Shown piece by piece: positions 28,401 to 34,138 of a DNA stretch of 64,000 bases (the stretch's first letter is position 1; each line of letters opens with the position of its first letter). This DNA is from Desulfovibrio psychrotolerans (lineage in GTDB: Bacteria; Desulfobacterota; Desulfovibrionia; Desulfovibrionales; Desulfovibrionaceae). The notes under the pieces were generated by a model that was given only the letters and a program-made list of their open reading frames with translations, was not told the DNA's origin and searched no databases. The position numbers were made by a program, and so were the translations under genes. The DNA lies in the NCBI RefSeq assembly GCF_013340305.1, contig NZ_BLVP01000008.1:753719-817718 (forward strand), read 5' to 3'.

Positions 28401-29040
28401 CGCCCGATGCGGAGTTTCGGCAGAAGCACTGCTTTGCGCCGCATGGGGCCTGTTCCTTTCTGCCGGCTCCGGTCGCGCGGATGTACTTTTCGCCTCCATG
28501 ACCACGGCGTTGCCGCAGACGCAGCAGGCAGCGACGCAGACCGTGGGCATGTTCGGGCAGCCACTGCCCCTGCGGCTGCGGGTGCTGCCGCATTCCACCA
28601 TCTCTGCCTTGGCGGAATCTGTGGCGCAGGATATGGAGGACCGTTCGCCCGTTGCCCACATGCCGCTGCCCGCCGATGCGTGGGGAGACCTTGCTGTCAG
28701 CTCCGGGCCGGATCATCTGGTGCACTTTGGTGCGCCCCCGTTTCTTGGCGTTTCCGGCGGGTTGCGGCTGGAATCCGTGCGGATGCACGCCGGGGTGCCG
28801 CACGGCCTGTGCCTTTGGGCAGAGACGGACGGTATCGTGCGGTTCCGGTTCCGGTATGATTCGTCCGCCCATGCCCGGAAACAAGTGGAACGGATTGCGG
28901 AACATTGGCTCGGGCTGTTGCGCAGCGTCATAGAATTGCCGGAGTGCCCCGTAGCGGAAATGGGGCTTTTGGTGCCGGATGCTGCCCTGTGGGCGGCAAC
29001 GGCAGCAGGACGGCAGGCCTGCGTTCCGCAGGAACCGTGA
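22450..29040 (+). CDS. Non-ribosomal peptide synthetase, single adenylation domain, non-canonical architecture A - C - T(PCP) - E-like - terminal degenerate C
   Basis: A-domain core motifs: A3 IIFTSGSTGIPKGV, A5 YNAYGPTENAVC, A6 GELCLSGRSLAMGY, A7 YRTGDLVRW, A8 GRIGREVKVRGFRIDPGEVE, A10 NRSGKID. C domain with intact HHIVGDGQS. PCP (FFTAGGDSIKAISL). Domain with E-type signature (AHTSVDMVSWRVL). Terminal C-like domain whose HHxxxDG is replaced by PRLLLDD. Start chosen at the ATG at 22450 (MTQNRS); the ORF is open from 22246. Confidence 0.85.
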   Translation: MTQNRSLPLPPEQKAEPAAVLADDTGADCRDADSAPLTPEERAQLNVWEYGPVRPVPHGGIPALFARQVRMAPHAPALLVDGALLSYAELDAASNRVAHALLHILGGVNGNGIQPAPAVHALHVSSHSANDNGNGNGNGTGSTISSGPMNTPESADMAELAVPDRVVGVLTGRNPHLAVVALGIWKAGAVYLPLDASLPAPRLRRMMEDARVRVLFDARTDADLRARPVPDCLLPDPEKSTPEFSCAHLNMDAALLCPDHAVHRAADSAACAYIIFTSGSTGIPKGVAVSHGAFVNMICGQIAVLGITPADRLLAFALPSFDASLSEMFMALGAGASLYPVSRDIIGDTESFSAFVDSHGLTGATLPPAYLRLFQRRDFPTLRFLLTAGEAPVREDALHYAARLAYYNAYGPTENAVCATMTRIIPHGSGMENENSGSIGSNGSGRNGGSGGAEGETCAGRVPLPMGKPLPNMGTHVLGPDLAPVPPGQPGELCLSGRSLAMGYVNRPDLNAASFILCPALQNRRIYRTGDLVRWNAAGELEYLGRIGREVKVRGFRIDPGEVECALDELPDVLQCAVAAHRLPDDMGGSTALHGFLVMRGEKALPSPVMLREWLLRTLPDYMVPSGWTQLHRLPLNRSGKIDYAALAAQAAATGVDCSVPSDFSSQAAPAQKPEAAAHKSEIPGQPAAERTTPEMPTGRVLPMSFSQRQYWILHQSEASAASSNMSFVVEFSCTPGAEQALEERLRAAFGAIMDRHESLRTSFSMVDGAPMQIIHPHIPFTPDLRDLSDSLTPDEDAQDLCVELLQTPLDITQPPPLRGLLIRLSGRVWLAVSLHHIVGDGQSVGIVGHELLACMEGRALPAVEGQYQDFVHAEQQYLASPVMQTDRRYWLDVLSQGQPRADIATEYERPAFRRGRGEICRVALSGTQVADFCRRDSLPGSLFMRIVACVAMLLRSRADGDTITMGIPVSVRHKGSFGQVVGNFIVPQPLVVPVRAQEGFATVLNSSIQAVAGAMEHCMYPPVRLYGDLDVVRDPARGALFDVMITTPQLSLTVPVQGNVHGYEDDEGMASPDSRPDSQSDSRPDSQPDSQPDSQPDSQPDSQPDTLPQDMPEKLADDPRGEMSLSLGKGRFISLYSGLARFDLTFVTAILPDGGLMLVLEYDSDLYSRSTAKAMLESLRAMIVEGAYGQPVLNGENASDALSAGAGEADACNASGQASAAASSAGTEELRRTMLAVWRTALGRPELHERDNFFTAGGDSIKAISLCGELRKHGIPLSPAQLFRFPTVAEAAEACRAAEATPEALPDAWPVPVSPVAHIFIPEQTDFLRKFVQSLMVEVRRDEDPADEDRLETAFRAVVRHHPAFRYRLRLHDGAAFELLGSPRVYWKRIACADADVAETALREGRSIREWIDPCKGYNVGACLFSTPQAVLLLVVSAHTSVDMVSWRVLSDDLETAYRRGPGALVSGAAGFDQWLRALYRHAESGATEGELEFWRNMVSGRIARLPLVVAQDEQWTMQEAQVSPDVVDRLEALAVGNGLDMRSILLATLARSLVPVLEGDAVLLTFEGHGRQVSYSTLDVIRTVGWFTAAYPFRLPLDAHSPLSALAGNLLQHMRQVPDGGTGFCVLCHALKRLEKPAASFSFNYHGRQTVERRDGFGLSGHNPDLLTDMVSTRHSDPVNLSLVILEGTLHIVAQFPGGLLDADWVRAMLDRWRANLGEMARSAPASGAFPVHAAGQNVFPVLPLQAALVESLNESGQATARETAAGTVQISFRLRGNRCAAMLPDVWRQVVQRHEFLRAVFVQKGEGSVKQRLMPEAAHAVTVSDGLGLEPEVQDAELQALLGFERKRPFLPSGPLMRVLFMRHGDDCCTMAWTFPRLLLDDRSVGILLHDLCALYHARLHNESAVLPCTVSLAGALSGLPLQNEDDTQAFWRRYLAGTQGYVPLLPRNGEMADAVAVAGETKEFTAELLQVEITALRALAARCGVSAEALLCAAWGLFLSAGSGRADVLFASMTTALPQTQQAATQTVGMFGQPLPLRLRVLPHSTISALAESVAQDMEDRSPVAHMPLPADAWGDLAVSSGPDHLVHFGAPPFLGVSGGLRLESVRMHAGVPHGLCLWAETDGIVRFRFRYDSSAHARKQVERIAEHWLGLLRSVIELPECPVAEMGLLVPDAALWAATAAGRQACVPQEP
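25667..25775 (+). repeat. In-frame 12-bp tandem repeat (CCGGACAGCCAG x ~9) encoding (PDSQ/PDSR)n inside the NRPS C domain
   Basis: Protein segment PDSRPDSQSDSRPDSQPDSQPDSQPDSQPDSQPDT. Near-perfect nucleotide repeats visible directly. Confidence 0.85.
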
Positions 29041-29206
29041 TTTTGGTAACATGGCGGACTTTTGTGCAAATCGGCACTCCGCCAGTTGTATTTTACAGCA
29101 AGGAAGGGCACTATCACTCCTTCGTGGAGCGTGCCGGTCTTTCTGCCCGGGTGCCGGGGTTTCCGGCCATGAACATTGCAATCGCGACTTCCGGTAACGG
29201 GGGCTG

Positions 29207-30898
29207 TTGGGACTCATGCTGCAACTGAAACAATCGTATTTTCTCACGCTGCTCCGCGATAACGCCGGTGCGGAAGGGCGGCGGCTCGTGGGTGCCTGCC
29301 TTGGCGCGGGTATCATGCAGGGGCTTTGCGTCTTTACCGTGCTGCAGGGGCTGGAGCAGCTTTCTTCCGATGAGGGCATAAAGTTCCACACCTTTGCGGC
29401 ATTTCTTCTGTGCCTCGGGCTGTTCTATTATCTTTTCCGCTACATAACCGGGCAATCGGCCCTCATAGCCCTGCGCGGCGTTATGGAATGGCGCATGCGC
29501 ATTGCCACCAAGCTGCGCGGCATATCGCTGCTGGAATATGCGCGGCTGGACAGGGGGCAGGTGCAGTCCGTGCTGCTGGACGGGCGCGAGATGGTGGTGG
29601 AAGCGGCGCGTATGCTCATGGCCTCCGCAGCCAACTCCGTGATGATCCTGGTGGCTATTTGCAAGATGTTCACGGTTTCGTTTGTGGGCACTGTGGGCGT
29701 GCTGCTGCTTATGGGGCTGGGGCTTGGCATCTTTCTGCGGCTGGTGGGCAGCGTGCAGGCACTTATGGAGCCTGCGCGCAGGGCAGATCTGGAGTTTTCA
29801 TCCGGTCTGCGCGACCTGCATGACGGCCTGTTGCAACTGAAGCTGCACAAGCCCAAGACCACAGACCTGTTCAGCGGGCAGATTCTGCAGGGACTCAATA
29901 AAGCCTCCGTGGCCCGTGAGGCCATGGAACGCAGGCATGCCCTAGGCATTTCCTTCTTTGCCATGTTCAACCTGCTCATTCTGGGGCTTATCCTGTTCCT
30001 CATGCCGGGGTTTCTGGGGCTGGATGCCGAATCCACCTCCACTCTGCTGGTGCTCACCATGTTCTGTCTCAGTCCTCTGCTCAGTCTGGTGGGTTTTGTG
30101 CCGCTGATGGGCAAGGTGGAAATGAGCCTGCACGAACTCACGGACATGGAGCGCCATCTGGATGCGGTGACCGAACCCTTTGAACGGGAAGGCGTGGCTG
30201 CTAGCTGGCAGCACCCGGACCCCAAGGTACCCGCTTTTGAATCGCTTCTCCTGCGCGATGTGCGGTTTGAGTATGTGGACAGGCACGGGGCGCGCCAGTT
30301 CGGGGTGCATGTGCCCGAGTTTTCCCTGCAGCGTGGTGAGATGGTCTTCATCCGCGGGGGCAACGGTTCGGGAAAATCCACCTTCATGAACGTGCTGGCA
30401 GGGCTGTATCAGCCCCAGTCCGGCGAGTTCATCTTGAACGGCATGCCTGTGGAAGACGTGGGCATGGAGTCTTACCGCAACCTTTTTGCCGTGCTGCCTG
30501 CGGACTTCCATCTTTTCAGCCGTCCGCTGGGAGTGGATGCCTCCGCCCGCCGTACGCAAAAAATGCTGGAAAAGATGCGCTTGGATACCAAGGTGCGCAT
30601 CACCGAGGATGGTACTTTTTCCACGCTGGATTTGTCCGCCGGGCAGCGCAAACGGCTTGCCCTTGTATGCGCCATGCTTGAGGACAGGGATGTATACCTG
30701 CTGGACGAGGTTGCGGCGGACTTTGATCCGGAATTCAGGCGTTTCTTCTATGAGGAATTTTTGCCGGAACTGCGCGGGCAGGGCGCGACCATTCTCGCCA
30801 TCTCCCATGATGACCGCTTCTTCCATGTGGCGGACAGGGTGCTGTGCATGCGCGATGGAACCTTTGCGGAGAACGGGCAGCAGGAGGGATCGGCATGA
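29207..30898 (+). CDS. Cyclic-peptide-type ABC exporter, fused permease plus ATPase (SyrD/cyclic peptide transporter family)
   Basis: 563 aa. N-terminal 6-TM domain. C-terminal NBD (Walker A GGNGSGKST, signature LSAGQRKRLAL, Walker B VYLLDEVAADFD). Positioned directly after the NRPS. Confidence 0.8.
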   Translation: MGLMLQLKQSYFLTLLRDNAGAEGRRLVGACLGAGIMQGLCVFTVLQGLEQLSSDEGIKFHTFAAFLLCLGLFYYLFRYITGQSALIALRGVMEWRMRIATKLRGISLLEYARLDRGQVQSVLLDGREMVVEAARMLMASAANSVMILVAICKMFTVSFVGTVGVLLLMGLGLGIFLRLVGSVQALMEPARRADLEFSSGLRDLHDGLLQLKLHKPKTTDLFSGQILQGLNKASVAREAMERRHALGISFFAMFNLLILGLILFLMPGFLGLDAESTSTLLVLTMFCLSPLLSLVGFVPLMGKVEMSLHELTDMERHLDAVTEPFEREGVAASWQHPDPKVPAFESLLLRDVRFEYVDRHGARQFGVHVPEFSLQRGEMVFIRGGNGSGKSTFMNVLAGLYQPQSGEFILNGMPVEDVGMESYRNLFAVLPADFHLFSRPLGVDASARRTQKMLEKMRLDTKVRITEDGTFSTLDLSAGQRKRLALVCAMLEDRDVYLLDEVAADFDPEFRRFFYEEFLPELRGQGATILAISHDDRFFHVADRVLCMRDGTFAENGQQEGSA

Positions 30899-31395
30899 GA
30901 GGGGTAATTCTCTGCTACGCCGTGCTGGCCAGCTTTCTGACCATCTGTCTGGTCTGCTTTCTGGCGGTTGCGCCTGCTCAGGCGCGCAAGCTGGAACAGC
31001 GTACCAGTATTCAGGAAGTGCGCGAACTGTATGAAAATGTGAACAAAACGCGTGCCTCGGAAGTCAACGCACGGGAAAACGATGCCATTATCCGCCAGCG
31101 GCTGGAATGCTATGCGGAGTATGCCGACTACACCCCCCGTCTGCGTGTCTGCAATAATGCCTATGTAAAAGAACTGGTCAGCCAGGCACGGGATAAGGTG
31201 CGCTCGCGCCCCGATCTCGGGTGGTTTGTGGTAAATATCAACCTGTGCCCCGTCATGTACAACCTGTGCACGGGGCAGACGCAGAATGACAGGGAGCGTT
31301 GCATCCTCTTTGAGCGTCAGTGCGTGGATTATACGCTGGACAGATTCTGGCGCGGCGCGGCTCAGTACACCCATCAACAATATCGGTCCGAGTGA
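30895..31395 (+). CDS. Small secreted cysteine-rich hypothetical protein (signal peptide, 6 Cys)
   Basis: Start ATG overlaps the ABC exporter stop (ATGA). Signal peptide MRGVILCYAVLASFLTICLVCFLAVAPAQA. Mature ~136 aa with 6 Cys (ECYAEY, RVCNN, NLCPV, NLCTG, ERCIL, RQCVD). Confidence 0.5.
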   Translation: MRGVILCYAVLASFLTICLVCFLAVAPAQARKLEQRTSIQEVRELYENVNKTRASEVNARENDAIIRQRLECYAEYADYTPRLRVCNNAYVKELVSQARDKVRSRPDLGWFVVNINLCPVMYNLCTGQTQNDRERCILFERQCVDYTLDRFWRGAAQYTHQQYRSE

Positions 31396-32603
31396 TGATG
31401 AAAACGCTGTATATCAAGATACGCAATCTGCTGAGGCGGTACCGGATGTTCCTCGTATCCACGGGACTGCTCTTCGTGCTGTTTTTTGTCTTCTTCTGGC
31501 CGGATATCATCATAAGCATCCGGCCGGGTGAACTGGGTGTGTACTACTCCCGCCTGTTCGGCGGAACCAGAATGGACAGGACGTACGAGGAAGGGGTGCA
31601 CTTCATTCCTCCGTGGGACATCCTTTATGTGTATGACGTGCGCATTCAGGAAGAAACGCAGGAAGTGGAAGTGCTCACGCTGGACGGTCTGACGGTCAAG
31701 GTCCATGTTTCGCTGCGTTATCAGATCATCCGCGACAGACTGCCCGTTCTGCATCAGCAGATCGGACCGGAGTATAAGCGCAAGGTCATTCTTCCCATCA
31801 TGACATCGGCGGTACGCCAGACCATAGGCAGCTACAGGCCCGATGCGCTGTATTCCACGGCGCGGCAGGAACTGCAGGATAAAATGCTCGTGGATGCGGT
31901 GGAAGAACTGGGCCGCCTGCCCCTCATCGTGCATGGGTTTGTGGTGAAGAAAATCAGCCTGCCGGAAGTGCTCAGAGACGCCATTGTGGACAAGCTGGTG
32001 GCCGAACAGAAGTATCTGCGCTATTACTATATCCTGCTCGAAGAACGGGAAGAGGCAAAGCGCAAGGCCATAGAAGGGCAGGGTATCCGTTTCTACCAAT
32101 CGCTGGTCAACGAAAACATGACCGAGAACTACCTGCGCTATGAAGGCATTAAGGCAACGCATAAGCTTGCCGCGTCAGAGAACGCCAAGGTGGTGGTCGT
32201 GGGAAGCGGCAAGGATGGTTTGCCCATTATCCTGAATACGCAGGATACGCCGCGGATTCCGGATATGACGAACGCAACCCGCGAGGCGAGGGAGCGGCAG
32301 GATAAATTCGGGCGCAGACAGGCAACCCCGGCGGCATCGGAAAGCAACTCCACCGCAGCTGACTCGGCAGCGGGCAATGCATCCGCAAGAGGTGTTGTAG
32401 GAGGCGGTTCCGCACCCAACATGCGCGAAGAAGGCGGATGGAAGCAGTGGCAACTGCGCGAGCCGGAATTGCTTGAGTTTATGAAAAAACTGGATGCCAC
32501 ACTGCTGAACCCGAACAGGCAGGCGCCCGGTGCGTCCGGTTCGCCCGGTGCGTACGGTTCACAGGGTGACGAGAATGGCAATAAGGGGCAAGGCAGGCGA
32601 TAG
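31395..32603 (+). CDS. SPFH/band-7 (prohibitin/stomatin/HflC-like) membrane protein
   Basis: Start overlaps the previous stop (TGATG). N-terminal TM (FLVSTGLLFVLFFVFFW). SPFH core (VYYSRLFGG...EGVHFIPPWDILYVYDVRIQE...LTLDGLTVKVHVSLRYQI). Coiled-coil. Gly/Ala-rich tail. Confidence 0.75.
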   Translation: MMKTLYIKIRNLLRRYRMFLVSTGLLFVLFFVFFWPDIIISIRPGELGVYYSRLFGGTRMDRTYEEGVHFIPPWDILYVYDVRIQEETQEVEVLTLDGLTVKVHVSLRYQIIRDRLPVLHQQIGPEYKRKVILPIMTSAVRQTIGSYRPDALYSTARQELQDKMLVDAVEELGRLPLIVHGFVVKKISLPEVLRDAIVDKLVAEQKYLRYYYILLEEREEAKRKAIEGQGIRFYQSLVNENMTENYLRYEGIKATHKLAASENAKVVVVGSGKDGLPIILNTQDTPRIPDMTNATREARERQDKFGRRQATPAASESNSTAADSAAGNASARGVVGGGSAPNMREEGGWKQWQLREPELLEFMKKLDATLLNPNRQAPGASGSPGAYGSQGDENGNKGQGRR

Positions 32604-32717
32604 CCGCCTGTGCAGGGGGGCCTTTTCCGCAGACTGATCAGGCGTGACAGTGCGGAGCGGGCACAGGTGTTCGCCGAGTTTATGCCGTGGCCGGACCAAA
32701 CGCAACGGAGTGAGATC

Positions 32718-32999
32718 ATGGTTGTATTACTCTTTTTCCTTGTTGGAAGCATCATTGTCGGGTTTCTGGGAAGGTACTGCCGGTTCGGTTTCTGGGGGCA
32801 TTTCTTTGCCAGCGTGTTGCTTACGCCCGTGGTAGGTCTGCTGCTGGTGCTTGCGGCTGGACCGGGGTGCCGTGATCGGCGCGATGCCCATGCCACTTCT
32901 TCCCGGACCGGCTCGACAGACGGAACCCGGGCCGGAACCCGGGCCGGAACCGGAGCCGAAACTGAAGCCGGAGCGGGCACCGCAGGCGGCAATGTCTGA
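32718..32999 (+). CDS. Small 2-TM membrane protein with low-complexity Thr/Gly/Ala-rich tail (possible NfeD-like partner of the SPFH protein)
   Basis: GGAGTGAG RBS 6 nt upstream of the ATG at 32718. Sequence MVVLLFFLVGSIIVGFLGRY...VLLTPVVGLLLVLAAG. Tail encoded by a 12-bp tandem DNA repeat at ~32915-32955. Confidence 0.45.
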   Translation: MVVLLFFLVGSIIVGFLGRYCRFGFWGHFFASVLLTPVVGLLLVLAAGPGCRDRRDAHATSSRTGSTDGTRAGTRAGTGAETEAGAGTAGGNV

Positions 33000-33038
33000 G
33001 CGTGAAATACCGTTTTTCATTTGTCATCCGGGGTACGC

Positions 33039-34136
33039 ATGCCGCCTCATCTGAACATTGCCCTCTCCAGCGTTGTGTTACGGCTATTGGGCTGCCTCCT
33101 CATGCTGGGTGCACTGGCAGCCGCGTCCCCCGTCAAGGCGTCAGAAGCCGGGACGGGCGGAGAAAAAATCAGGCGCATCGGCTATCTGGAAGCCGGACAT
33201 TTCTGGCTGTTTGAACGCACCTTTCAGGCTTTCCGCGATGCCTTGCAGGAGCGCGGAATCCGTGCGGATTTTCCCGCAGACGCCCGGTTCAGCCCCGGAT
33301 GGGAGCCTGAAAACATGGCCCGCCTGCCGCAGGCTGCTGCGGCACTGATGCAACGGGATGACCTTGATCTTGTTGTAGGCATGGGAACGGCAGCCATGAA
33401 GGCCCTGCTGGCGGCCAATACCGGACAGACCCCGATCATGGGTATGGGCATGGCAGACCCCGTTGCGGCGGGCGTGGTGGCGGGGCCGGAAGATTCCGGT
33501 GCGGAGAATGTTACCTGCCATATCGTTGCAGACCGCTGGTCCACCATGTTCAGGGTATTCCACGACGTGGTGGGCTTCCGTACTCTGGGTATTCTGTATA
33601 ACGACAGCCCGGAAGGCCGGGTTTATGCCGCTCTGGATGACGCCCGCGCCGTGGCTTCGGAGCTGGGATTCGGCATTGCCGAATATGGCGGGCTTTCCTC
33701 TGCGGAAACAGAAGCGGAATGCCGTGCGGGGCTGGATGCCCTGCGGGCGCAGGGCATGGATGCCTTTTTCATTGGCCCGCTGAACTGTTTCGACTGGCAG
33801 ACCAGCAACGTGGCATCGCTGCTGGAACTGCTGAACGGCTGGAACATTCCTACCTTTGCCCGCGATGGATCAGATTTTGTGCGGGCAGGGGCACTTATGG
33901 GCTTTTCCACATGGAATTTCGGTCCGTCAGGCACTTTTCTGGCGCGGCAGGCGGCGGCAGTCTTCAATGGCACCTCCCCCCGCGCCATTCCCATGCTGGA
34001 CAGGGTGGAGCCGACCATTGCCATTAATCTGGAAACCGCCGGACGCATCGGGTTTATCTTCCCTCTGGACGTGCTGGTGGTTTCCGATGAAATCCACGAG
34101 CGGATAACACTGCCTGCCGCAGGAAAGGAGCAGTAG
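33039..34136 (+). CDS. ABC-transporter-type periplasmic binding protein, COG2984/PF04392 family (paralog 2)
   Basis: Signal peptide (MPPHLNIALSSVVLRLLGCLLMLGALAAASPVKA). Shares the same conserved blocks as the 20122-21195 paralog. 3-bp gap before the sensor-MFS fusion gene. Confidence 0.65.
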   Translation: MPPHLNIALSSVVLRLLGCLLMLGALAAASPVKASEAGTGGEKIRRIGYLEAGHFWLFERTFQAFRDALQERGIRADFPADARFSPGWEPENMARLPQAAAALMQRDDLDLVVGMGTAAMKALLAANTGQTPIMGMGMADPVAAGVVAGPEDSGAENVTCHIVADRWSTMFRVFHDVVGFRTLGILYNDSPEGRVYAALDDARAVASELGFGIAEYGGLSSAETEAECRAGLDALRAQGMDAFFIGPLNCFDWQTSNVASLLELLNGWNIPTFARDGSDFVRAGALMGFSTWNFGPSGTFLARQAAAVFNGTSPRAIPMLDRVEPTIAINLETAGRIGFIFPLDVLVVSDEIHERITLPAAGKEQ

Positions 34137-34138
34137 CC

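Noticed and set aside
23142-28859. Numerous 60-400-aa ORFs on both strands inside the NRPS gene
   Set aside because: All lie within a continuous 6.6-kb plus-strand frame bearing complete NRPS motifs. The alternative frames are Arg/Pro/Ala/Gly-rich GC artefacts.
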